A stretch of DNA of 64,000 nt from Lama glama. Its lineage: Eukaryota. The notes beneath the pieces are model-generated. The model was not told the origin of the DNA, searched no databases, and saw only the letters and a list, made by a program, of their open reading frames with translations. The position numbers were made by a program, and so were the translations under genes. Each line of letters begins with the position of its first letter. Positions within the stretch are counted from its first letter, which is position 1. The stretch lies in the NCBI GenBank assembly GCA_028534125.1, contig CM052816.1, positions 41,418,001-41,482,000 of the forward strand, written 5' to 3'. Shown in pieces: positions 27,866 to 40,045 of the stretch.

Positions 27866-29698
27866 TCATTATGGACTCACTGATTGTTCATGTCTGTGAC
27901 CTCAATGCCTAACACTCAGTGGGTGCTCCAAAATGCTTAATTGAAATTGGTTATATATTCTACGACCTTCTCCTCTTGCTGTTTTTATTTCCCTCTCCAA
28001 CCTTGGTCACCACTAATACATATAGAAATTCTGTGTGAATGACAAAAACTGCCCTTTCTTCCTGGAAGCAAATTCCAGACTGCATGGTGAATGGACACAG
28101 GATGGATTTCAGCTACCACTTTTCCCTCACGTGGGCATTTCTGTGTACTGAAAAAATTACTCAATGTGTCTCCAACTATTAACCTGTATAAAAATTAAGT
28201 GGTTGTGGAAGATACTGAAATACTCCACTAAAATATATGTCAGATGACACTTGAAATCTCGATGAGAAAAGATGTAAATTTGCAGTAAGAAGAGGAAAGT
28301 ATCATACATTATCTGGAATTTTATGCAGAGTGAACATGAGAGCACTGTGAACATCTACTGAGGAGTAAAACGTTTGCTTCACATAGAAACAGAAAAGAAT
28401 TTTACAAGAGGAATATGGGACATAATATTATTTAGAGAAAGTGTATTATTAATATCACTCTAAGAAAAACTGATATTCGTACCAATCAGAAACAGGCCAT
28501 GATACCCATATATATATATATATATAGTGTCCATTTCATTTTAAGAAATCTGTCTTAATAAACAGAACTTTTTTGGTCATTCAATATTTTTGCAGCATAG
28601 TGCATACATTTAAAGATATTGGTCATTAGGCACTTAAAAAAATAAAAACATTCAAATCTCTCATTCTTTCTACATCTAGAGGACCAAATACTTTTAATTT
28701 TTAAGTTGCTTGTGTTAAAATAATAATTAAAGAAATAATTTTTTAAATGAACTCAGTTTTAAATTATAAATTTCATTAGATTCTTTTTGAAAAAAATCTA
28801 ACTAATTAATAATAGCCTGGGTCTCATCTCTCTTCCCTCCATCCCTGGTCCCTGTTTCCCAGAAACAAACACTTCAACTATTTAAAGCTATCTCTTCCTT
28901 TAGCAAGCTCCACTTTTCTAAATTATACATATTAACATAGGAACATATCATTTACATATTTTAGATAATATCTTTTGACTTTTTAAGGAATTGGATTTTG
29001 TCAATTAGGATACCTCAACTTCTAGTAACCCCAATCCCACTCGGTTTAAGAAACTAAGAAATGCAATGCACTGATTCTCACAACTGGAAGCCCAGAGTTT
29101 GTAATGAACCTGAGTCACCTTCACTCAGTAGCTCTTGCTCCATTTCTCCGTGATTCCCTCAGTTCCATTCTCCTCTGGGTGATGTTCCCACCCTTAGATT
29201 CCTTCTCCTGTGGGGGCAAAAGAGCTGTTATAACAGTTTCTGGTTTCACACTGACACACCTAACATACAGAGGGAGAAAGAGGACTCTTCTCTGATCTTT
29301 CCCATCAGAATATTGAAATCTCTTTTTTTCTGAAATCCTAGACAGCTTTATACTATAAATTGGGTCACATGCTCATTCCTGAACCATCCCCTTTGGCTAG
29401 GAATGCCATGAATTTATTGGCTTAGACTTGCCCATATATACATATATATATACACACATACCACTCACATATATATATATATAAGAGGAATTGGATCACA
29501 CAAATCAATCAAGATAAATCAGACCCACTTCAAAAGCTGAAGTACATGGCCATTATGCAATGGGAGAAGGAGGGAACGGATGTTGCATGACAGTGCTGAC
29601 TTCTACTGTGGACATTTAGCACTCACATACCACTTCCACCTCAACCACTCCCTACAGAATTACATCATCACATTTATTTAAAACAGTAACAGTGTTAA

Positions 29699-29830
29699 AG
29701 GGGAAGGTATAGCTCAGTGGTAAAGTGCATGCCTAGCATGCAGGAGGTCTTGGGTTCAATCCCCATTACCTCTAGAAATAAGGGAATCTAATTTCTGCTA
29801 CCCTAAAAGAGAAAAAAAAAAGATAAAAAT
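29699..29830 (+). mobile_element. vic-1-type tRNA-derived SINE
   Basis: GGGGAAGGTATAGCTCAGTGGTAAAGTGCATGCCTAGCATGCAGGAGGTCTTGGGTTCAATCCCC. Perfect 19-bp TSD AAAACAGTAACAGTGTTAA at 29680-29698 and 29831-29849, at a TTT/AAAA site. Confidence 0.93.
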
Positions 29831-30019
29831 AAAACAGTAACAGTGTTAACTATACCAAGACCATGGAAAAGATAGCAATAGGATATTATGATTTTATTTC
29901 CTTTCTATAGAACTTTTACACTTTATCTGTAATTTTTAAAGTGGTTTTTAAAAAATCCTACAAAATTTACTTTCTACATATCCTTAACTTTTCTAAATGT
30001 TTCATCATAACCATTTACC

Positions 30020-30590
30020 AGGGAGCTTACCTTCTAGTAGGAGAGAAAGCAATAGACAAGTAAGACAAGTAAAATGAGGTAACTGTAAAACATGGTCATT
30101 ACTATGAAGAAAATAAACTAAGTAACTAACTAGAAAAAGTAAATGAGGAAGTCCTTCTCAGAGAATGGTGTTTAGAAGGCCTCTCTGAGGAAGTGACATC
30201 TGGCCTGAGATCTGAAGGATGACGAACAGCCTGCATGAGAAGAGCTGAAAGAAGCATTCCAGGCCTACAAACAGCCAGAGCGAAAGCCTATGAGTGGAGA
30301 AGAATTTGGCAGGCATGTGGACAGAAAGGAGGCCAAGTGGCTGGAACATAATGAGCAGGGGGAGAATGATGGGTAAGACTTTGGAGAGCGGGACTGAAGT
30401 GAGATCATGTAGGCTCTTGGAGGACCATGGAAGGGAGGTTGGCTTTTTCTGGAAGGGTGTTAAGCAGGAGAGCAATATGATTTGTTTTATGCTTTTAAAG
30501 ACCCCCTCTGCTATCTCTGCTGAGAGTGGGTAGAGGGTGGGGGGCAGGGCAAGGCAGAAATGGAAGTATGAAAACAAGCATGCTACTATT
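30020..30590 (+). mobile_element. L2 LINE relic
   Basis: GGAGCTTACCTTCTAGTAGG...GAAGGCCTCTCTGAGGAAGTGACATCTGGCCTGAGATCTGAAGGATGA...GCATTCCAGGC. Confidence 0.8.
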
Positions 30591-31979
30591 GCCACTTGCT
30601 TCCTCAGGGCAGCTCTATTGGACTGTACTTTTTGTCCTATAAAGACGGTTTTTAAGGAGGTTTGAACAATTTTGAAAATGTCTAATCAGCTTTATTTATT
30701 CATATATTGCTATTTAAAATTAGACTAATTTAACTACAAAGACTTGTAGGACACCAAACAAACAAACACTCTCACTTATTTTTCTTTCCCTTCAAATATG
30801 TCTATTTGTCTTGGCTAATTATTTCAATGAATCATGTAGGCTCACTTATCACCTCCTTTGGAAGTTTTGTTAGTGATACATATAAATTGATAGTTTCACG
30901 TAAATTCTACCTACATTTCTCTAATTAAAGTGATAGTAACTGGTCAGAGGAAAAAATAGGTGATTGACAGTGACAAATAATACTAAGAAACCATAAAATC
31001 AAATTGATTGTTATTTTTTCTCTGAAATAAAGTATTTATGCCTTATAACTGTTACACCCAGTGTCCCAATACTTCAGATTTCAGGTTGAAAAACTAAAAT
31101 TGATAGAGAATTTAAAATATGAAAAGACAGAAGCTTCTAGTTAAATGAGTATTCTTACTTCCTCTAACTTGTGTTAATACAAAAATTGGTATATATAAAC
31201 AATTATTACAAATTAGTATGTGAGTATGCACTCTACTGAAATCACAATTGATTCTTTGCTTTTCCACAAACATCATAAGCACACTGTGGCCTTATGGCTT
31301 TTTCCTCACTCTTCTTTGTGGTGGAATGTCCCTGCCCCTGCCCCTGCCAAGTACCTGCAAGTCTCTCTTCTTCACTTTATGCAGGTGTTGGCTCACATGT
31401 CTATTACCTTATCCGAGAAGCTCTCTGTGATCCTGTTAAAAATACCATCCCCATCACCCTCTACCCCTCTATGTATATATTTTTCTTCAGAGCACTTACC
31501 ACCACTAGGTATAACCTATGTTCATTTTCTGGCTCCCCTCACAGGGATATAAGTTTCCAAAAAAGCAGGGACTCTGTTGTTGATTGCTGTATCTCAAACA
31601 TCTAAAACAAATGGCTTGAAAAAAAAAAAACAAATGGCCTAATACACAGATGTTCAACACAGTTGTTGAATAATAACAGGCCCTTTTCATATTAAGACAT
31701 AGTCTTAGCATTAACTGAGTCTAGGCTGTCTTAAACTCATAATGATTTAACTAAATCCTTTTCAAGTGGAGACTTTCTTTGCTCCTATATTATGAATCTC
31801 AGGGTTAGGGCCTGGGGCCAGTGACCTCCTTGCAGCCAAGAATATAAGCTCCTTTGAAGCTAATGTTATCAGCTCTACCATTGTTCGGTCCTCTATAACT
31901 GTCCACTTCCAGTCACTCTCTAATTTGTTTCTAACTTTAGTTTCTGGTTTACTATCATATTTTTCCTTTCCAAGACTCC

Positions 31980-32270
31980 ACCCCATGACTGAGTCCCCTG
32001 AAATTTTTAACCCTTAAGAGTTGCCTGCACTGAGCCGCCAGCAATTCACAATTACAGTTCAGATTTTCTCACTCTGGACTGGTTTCTGCAGTGGTTTCTG
32101 CTCATGTCTACTTAGGTAAACCATGACTCCTTGTATTCTCCTGTCTCTCCAGTCTTGGGGACAGAGGTCTGTCCTGCCCTCTCTTATAGCTCCAAGAAGA
32201 GTTGTTGATTTTTCACTCTGTTAGGATGGAGTGGAGACTTGAAAGCTCCTTATAGGTAGAACTAGAAAAA
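31980..32270 (-). mobile_element. Old L1 5'-end fragment
   Basis: CAATTACAGTTCAGATTTTC...AAGAAGAGTTGTTGATTTTTCA...GTTAGGATGGAGTGGAGACTTGAAAGCTCCTTA resembles an L1M 5' UTR. Confidence 0.6.
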
Positions 32271-32279
32271 AACCTTAAT

Positions 32280-34200
32280 TCTTTAACTTCATCACCTTCA
32301 AAGACTACTACTCAACCTCAATTCATATCCTAGACTAACCCTGGAGCAGGGAAGCCCTGATAACTGCACTTCCTGTGAAATATCATTTTAAAACATCTTA
32401 TTCAGTCCACTGCCTCACTTTAGCTTGGCAATAAGTCTGATTTCTTAGAGATGTCCTGTCCATTGACCACTCCCAACCCCCCACCACTACACACACTACT
32501 TTTTAATTATCTGTATTTACTCTCATGTTTACCCAGCTTGTATCTCATGGTTTATCATTATATTCATTGCTTTTCAAGCATAATCAATAGCCTTGGCTCC
32601 CATCTTCCTCTTTTGAACTCACTTAACAAAATCCCAAATCTCCTTGAACTCAATTTGTTTTTTGTGCCGAGAAACAGGCAACTTATAAATAAATAATGCA
32701 ATTAGCTGATTGATTTATCTTTCATTTCATGACCACAGATGGAAAACGAGCACTCAAGTCAACCTGGCAACCCTACTATGCTTCCACAGGAAGTTCATGT
32801 TTACAATCTGAGGTAAAAATATCTTATTTTTTTCTGTTGTCTCAAACTCCTTCACTCTACCCATTTTCAGCTAGTTATCCTACTCTCTAATTCATTCAAC
32901 ACAGAAACCATCAGAGGATTTACTTCATTTTCATTCCAACAAATATTTGCACCTCTCTGTATCTGTTACTTACCTTCTCAGCCTTCTTTTCTGTGAAAAA
33001 CTGAAAGAGTATCATTTTTTCCTATCATGGGCAATTTTAACTCTTAGAACCAAAAGTTTCTCTTCTCGATATTTTGGTTTTTCGGTTATTCCATTTGTCT
33101 ACTGTGTGTCACCAAATTTTTATTCTCTGCTTATTATTCATGCCAGTTGACCAACATAAGGATTTTCTACTTAAATAAAAAATTCTTCAATGACTTCTTC
33201 CATCTACCACTACACCTCTTTGACCTTTTCACGGCAAAAGTTACACATACACATATTTATATATACAATTTTTATAAGAAAATAATATTGAATAGAATAT
33301 TTACAATAAAAAACAACATTCCTCTCCCAGCCCTCTCCACTTCCAATTATCTTCAAATTTCTAGCTCTTTGATATGTCTCCACATTTTCACACAACATGC
33401 TTTTATTGCTATTTATCAGTTAATGTATTCAGATACTAATGTATGGTGGGTGAAGACTTCAGCTCAAATGCTGTTACTTTAACATCCCCAGTGTATCTTG
33501 CTTCCATCTTATCTACATCTCCAAAGCTACTCCTCTAATCCCAATAGCAATTATACTTGAGAAAAGCTTTCTAAGTGCAGAGACACTCTTGCTACTACTA
33601 CTATCCATTTTCTACATAGCAGCTAGAACAATCTTATAGAAAGCATATCAGATCATGCTATTCTTCAGTGTAAAAACTTTCCATGCCATCCTATTGTGTT
33701 TAGAATTAAACCTCAAAAGCTCTCCATAGCCAACAAGGAGATCAAAGGAGGTTCCTTGACTGCCTTTTCAACCTACTACGAACTCAGCTTCTCACTCACT
33801 CTGCTTCTGCTCTCCTTGCCTCCTTCAATTCTTCACACGTAACAAATCCTTTCTTACCTTTCGGTCTTAGCGCTTGTTCTCCTTCCTACTCTTCTCATGA
33901 CTCTTGCCACACTAGGCTCCAATTCATCCTTCCAGTTATAGCTCAAAGAAGCCTTCTCTGACCACCCCACTGCTCTTTCCATATAAGTACGTCTCTTTAC
34001 TCTGACATTACCCTAGCTTCCTTTCCTTTACAGAACCCATCCCAATTTGTAAGCTTACTTCCTTATTAACCTCTTTCCCCTTCCCCCAAACCAAAATGTC
34101 AATTTCAAGTGAGAAAACCCCTTGTTCATCTTAACATTGTTTTCCACATACCTAGCCCTAGAATAGGCAGATAAAGACCATACAAGTACTTGAATTAATT
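32280..34200 (-). mobile_element. Long degraded L2 relic
   Basis: CATTTTCTACATAGCAGCTAGAACAATCTT...ATCAGATCATG...AAAACTTTCCATG...GAAGCCTTCTCTGACCACCCC. Confidence 0.6.
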
Positions 34201-36889
34201 CTGCAATCTGTGGACTAAATACAAATTTAACTAGCTTGTACTAGGTATATATTGTATCCAGCAAGAGTGGGATAAGTAATGGGCCCTTGAAATCTTATAA
34301 GGCATGAGTTAAGTGACCCACTCCCTAGTCAGTTATTAGAAAGTCTGGCTGCTCCCAATTTGGATTCTCTTTTACAGAGTCCTCTAGGGCCACTCCTGAT
34401 AAGGGACACTAAAGGGTCTTCATCTGGGGCAAGGATACCTACTTCTGGCTGGTGCAGTCTTTTGCACCAGAGAACAGGAAGCGCTTGAGGGGTCGAGACA
34501 GTCTGCGATCTGAGTCTGCTTTGGGGTTTCATGGCATGCAACTGCTCTTCTGCGGAGGACTGCCTGATCATTTTCTTGTAGGGAGATTCCTTCTGTGTTT
34601 AGCTAATGCTGAAGAGTTTAGTGGGTCTGGTTTCTCCTCAAGTTGTCAATTCTTCTGGATTCTGTTTCTTAGCAACAGTTGGGACTCTGTCCATCCCCAT
34701 TATTCTCTGCCTTAGCTTCAAAGCAGAGAAAAAGTGGGCATGGGAGCTTGCAGTTTGCCATTCAGTAATACCCCCACACAGTGCATTCCAATCCTAGTGG
34801 CTATTAACAGACAATGTGAAGCATCATCACACTTTCATGAGGCATGGGAAGCAATGGGCAGTAGAAAATGTTTTGGAGGAAGCTGAGGAATTGGAGTTCC
34901 TTAATATCATTTGTTCCTCCTTGAGGATTCTATTCCTATTACTAAAATTTCATTTTCTGGTATTCAGTGTCAAAACTTAATGTTAGAAATAGGTGGCCAA
35001 AAAAAAATTATGTTGCAATTCAATGAGCTCCTTCAGTAATTTCTTGATTTGGTTAAACATTCTCACACCAAAGGCAAACTGGCTTCCAGTAATCGTCAAA
35101 TTTGCTAAATTGGGCACAATTTCTTCCAATCTGCTTTCACCTAGCAACTTTATTTAGAATTCCTCTCTTTTCTAATGTACTTTTCAAAACTCCACATACA
35201 GAAACCAACGCACTGGACATTTTTTACATTTGGCTACCAAGTTCTCCAGCCCAACCTCAGTGACTGTATAGTCTGAGTTCTAAGACACTGTCGGAGAAAG
35301 CCAGTATAGAAGATTCACTATTACATGACAGAAGCTAACAGGTTCCCATCATAGGGTTCAAAGTCTTTACTGTATACTACCTACCTTGATTCAGCCAGTC
35401 TCTCTCAGGTTTGTTATTTGCAACCCCATTCATAGTCAAACTACAGAATGACTCTTCCAGTGGCAATTGGCTAATCCACTTAAGCAAACACATTAAGTTT
35501 TATTATAAGGATAAATTATGATAAATAATTCAAAGATAGGAAGTAGACCTGACCTTCTCAAGGGACTGATATCAGGAACTGGAAAGCTACCAGGAACCAA
35601 GGCAGCTATTGTATCTTTATCTGATATGTCAGCATTGCTTCATGAAAATATAGATTCCAGACTCAAATTGCCCAGGTTTTATTTTAGCCTCAGCATATAT
35701 TTACTTTAGTCAAGCTTTTCAATTTCCTTACCTGTAAAGTAGGATTAACAGTAAGTACAAATCTCATAGAGTTACATTTAGAACACTGAGTAACATAGTA
35801 AGTCATCTGAAATTATTCTTGTTTCGCAGCACAACTCTTGACTTTCCAAGTGCTGCTCCCCAACAATGTAGCCCTGGCCTAATTTTATGTTTCTCAGGAA
35901 AATATCAGCTGTCTGATAAACTTTATCAACCCTAATTTTAACTTTTCAAGACAATCTGATTGGTCCAGATAGAGTTCAGTGGTTTATCTTAGCTAAAGCT
36001 AGGGTAGTGTTCCTATGAAACCCTTCACAAGCCTAAGTGATATAGAACAAAGAAGCAGTTACCTTAGGGCACATCTTGTGAACAGCTGCACAAAATAAAT
36101 GGAGATAAAGGACAGATGCTCACAGGCACAGTTCAAAGCTATGAAGCTTGATCCTGAGATGCTGAGTGTAGTTTCCGGAGAAGGAGCTTGGAGGTGCCAC
36201 TTTCACTGCTTGGGGTGTGTGCTGCTTGTATAACAGCTCACTGTAAAACAAATGCTGAATGCCATTTTCGCTGAACTTTTTTTTTTTTTAAATAAAAGCA
36301 AAAATTCTCTTTGGATTTCTTTCATTTAGCGAAAATAGATAGTAATGTAAGTTTTTCATAAAAGCAAAGTTTGGTAAGTGGGGAATACCTGTACAGGTAT
36401 AGCTGCTGAGGTCCACCCTGAATGTGTGTCGATATTTCTCAGTGGTGGGGGACCATGAATCAAGACTAATTTTTTTAAAGAATTTTTTATACTTCTCTCA
36501 ACTCACTGATTGTCTGCTTTTCCTGAGTCACAAAAAAAATCCCAATAAAAGTGACTTGCCCAAAGTCATATAGCTAAACTGGATGAAGCTGTGGTTCCTA
36601 GTAAGTTTACTAAGAGTGCTACCAAATGCCCAGGCCCCTCCTCAGAATAATGGAATGGAATCCCTTGAATCTACTCTACATAAGAACTTAAGCCTTGCTT
36701 ATAACCAAGAACAGAAAAGCCTCAAATAAATTTGGTCTGACTCCAAATTCAAATTTTCACTAAACAATGAACTAGAGCTGTTTATATTTATTGAGAACAT
36801 ATTAGGTAGCCAACCCTGTATTTAACCAAGTACTTAAGATATGACTTCAAATAGTTCAAAACTGGGTTTCCTGGTTTTTTTCCTAATTT

Positions 36890-37470
36890 TAAATTTTTCA
36901 AAATTGGGGTATAGCATATGTAAAGTTCACAAAATTTAAATGTTCAGCTTGATGAACTTTTTCATAAGTATGCATTCATGTAACAACCATCGAGGTCATG
37001 TTATAGAGCACTTCCATCATTTCATAAGGTTCCCTTATGCCCCTTCTAAGTCAATATCCATGCCCAGAGGTAACTACTACTCTGACTTCTATCATCATAA
37101 ATTAGTTTTGTTTGTTCTTGAATTTCATATAAATGGAATTACACAACATGAATTGTTTTGTGTCCATTTCATTCAACACAATGCCTGCGAAATCTGTCTA
37201 AGTTATTGGGCATAGCAGTTTATTCAATTATTTTTTATGGCTGAGTAGTATTCCATTGTATGAAATACTTCACTTTGTTCTAGTTTGAGGCCATAATGAA
37301 TCAAACTACTAGGGACATTTGTATACAAGACCTTTAGTAGACACCTGCACTCATTTTCTTGGATATACACTCAGGAGAGAAATTGCTGAATTATAGACCT
37401 AAATTCAGCTGTAGTGGAATTTCCCAAAGTGACTATAACCTCTTTACACCCCCACCAGCAATAAGAATTT
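36890..37470 (-). mobile_element. L1ME/MD-type 3' end relic
   Basis: TGTTCAGCTTGATGAACTTT...GTTCTTGAATTTCATATAAATGGAATTACACA...GGCTGAGTAGTATTCCATTGTATG. Confidence 0.8.
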
Positions 37471-37734
37471 CAGTAGAACTATAACTAGAAAAAACAAAAG
37501 AAAAACACACAAAAAACCAACTAAAACCAAGGAAAACAACCATTTGTCTATTGGGCTAGTCATATTTCTTGGTCCTGCAGATTTATTTTATTTGAGGTTC
37601 TTTTGTTGCTGGTTATAAGCAAGGATTAAGTTCTCATGCAAAGCAGATTCTCATTCCTTAGCATTCTTACTAAATCACAATCCCCACCTGCTAAGATTTT
37701 ACTAAAAAATACTACCCAGCTTTCAGGGTTTTAT

Positions 37735-37960
37735 AGCAGGGTTTCTCAACAATGACACTATGGTCATTTAGGGCCAGATAATTCTTTGATGTGGGGAGTG
37801 TAGTGCACTACAGTATCTTTAGCAGCATTCCCGGCCTTTATCCACAGTATGTCAGCAACACTAACCCCCTTTCCCATTCTTTGTGACAACGAAAAATGTT
37901 TCCAGATTTCACCAAATGTCCCCTGGGGGCAAAATCTCCCCCTACTCCATGAATAACTAC
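37735..37960. mobile_element. MER20-like hAT-Charlie relic
   Basis: CAGGGTTTCTCAAC...GGGCCAGATAATTCTTTG...GTGACAACGAAAAATGTTTCCAGA...CAAATGTCCCCTGGGGGCAAAAT. Confidence 0.8.
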
Positions 37961-38639
37961 TATTTTCAAAATAAGGCCTGTCCTCTCTACACTTCATCTA
38001 AATAGAGTCAACACAGTGCTAATATGATGATGTCCATAGTTTTTAAATACTAATGGTACATTAGAATCATCTTTTAAAGATCTTTTAAAGAATGCATCCG
38101 TCCAGGCCCCTCCTCAGAATAATGAAATAGAATCCCTTGAGGTAAGGCTTGAGCATTTTTATTGCGAAGGTCCTTAGAGAATTCTAAATGTTGGCAAAGT
38201 TGAGACCTACCTTCTTAACAGATTCTTTCCCCATGAATATATGCTTTAAAATAGATTTCTATCAATGACTTTTCAAATATTAATAGAGCATGAGGCATGT
38301 ACTTGGGGAGTGGAAGGCTCACAGAAACTCAAATCACACCAAGTGACCACCTATAGCCCATAACTATATGTAAACATGGATATCTAGTGTTCAGTTCTTG
38401 ATTAAAAAAAAAAACAGCAGATTCTTTTCCCCAAATCAGACTTTAAAAATATTCATACATTTCCTTTTTGAAAGATTATTATGTGGTAATCCAGCTAATT
38501 TTTTGTAACTAACTCTTCTTTAATATATTCAATCTCTCTCTCAAAAGGACATTTCCCATTCTCTTTGAAACACTTCAAGTCTTTCACTTAAACAAAAATC
38601 TGCAAAAACCTGCAAGAAAAAAGTTGATATTCTCTCCCA

Positions 38640-40045
38640 AGTCAGTCAAGTCATCAGAAGTAGAAATTTAGACTTGCTGATTCCACTTCTTCATTTATCA
38701 CATTCCACTCCAATCCGGCTTCCAGCCCTATTATTACAAAATGTTTGTGGTAAGGTAACCGATGACCATCATGTTACTAAACCCAGTGAATATTATTTAG
38801 GCCTTATTTCATGTGACTTCTCAACAGCACTGGGCACTATTCACCACTCCTTCCTTGAAGCACTTATGTCTTTGTCCTCCATTGCACAATATCCTTCTGA
38901 CATCTGCAACTCCTTATCCAGCTCATCTTCCTCTACCTAGCCAAAGATTAATTGAAGCTCTTCATTGCAACTCCTAGGCTGTCTTCCAAGCCTATTTCAT
39001 GTATGCTAAAGCCTTTAATTTCTCCCTACACATTTAACAGTTTTGGGGATGGGTTTGGGCTTTTTTTTTTGGTCTAGATCTCCCTTCTCAGATCCAGACT
39101 TCTATCCAAAAGCCTCTTGGATGATTCAAAGGCATTAAAAACTCAGTAAGTTCTAAATTAAAGACCTCCATATTTACCCATCTCCAAACATATTACTGTT
39201 CAAGTGGGTCATCATCATCATTCAGTTCCATCCCATTATACATAGTTTCACTCCTCCTCCTAACCCTGAATCAAACTGCAACAACAAATTTTATGGACAT
39301 TTCCTTCCAAATCTACTCTCTACTTCTATAACACACTCCTGGTCCATTAAGTTATTTCTAATATTTTAGCCTATTGATTCAAGAATATTATGTCTACTCT
39401 GGTCTGTCTCTAATCCTTTTTTGGAATTTACAGCCAGAGTAAAATTTTCAATTTGTAAACCCCACTACTACCACCCAGTTTAAAATCCTTCAAAAGTTTA
39501 TCTTTGTTACAAGAAAGGAACCTACTTCTTTACCTGGCCTTTGGGCCCTGAATGGCCTGGCCCCCATGTAGCTTCATCTTCCTCAGTAGTCTGCTCCAGC
39601 AGGGCTGTACTTCTTGTAGTCCCTAATAGAGTGACAATGTAATTTATCATCCAAACCAGGACACTTCTGAAAGTAAAAAAGGCCTATCCTTAGCAAACTG
39701 GGATGTAAGTTGACATCACCTCTCTGGCCCCAGAATTTTTGCCATGTTTCCTTTCACCTGTTAAGAAACTCTTCACTTCCCCTTTATTTATCTAATCCAC
39801 ACTAAAACCTCAGTTCTCAGATCATGTCACTTCCTTTAGGGAGGCTTTTCTGACTAAGGTTCTGCATTATGAATTCTCAGGGCACTATATGCTTCTTTAA
39901 TCCATTTTTCTCAGTTATGATCTCAAAGCGTGATTGTTTCTTGCACTTGACTTTAACTCTTCGAAGTGTCTATTTTTGCTCTATTATAACCTTCTCTCTC
40001 TGACACCATCAGAATGTCTGGAATGCAATTACTGAATGAATATCA
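38640..40045 (-). mobile_element. L2 relic
   Basis: AAGGTAACCGATGACCATCATGTTACTAAACCCAGTG...CTCAACAGCA...CACTCCTTCCTTGAA; ends TGAATGAAT. Confidence 0.7.

Noticed and set aside
30158..30595. 145-aa minus-strand ORF
   Set aside because: It lies wholly within an L2 relic and is a chance open frame.
34300..35500. Moderately GC-rich block with several short ORFs
   Set aside because: No recognisable protein or exon structure. It may be an LTR-element internal relic, but I could not assign it.
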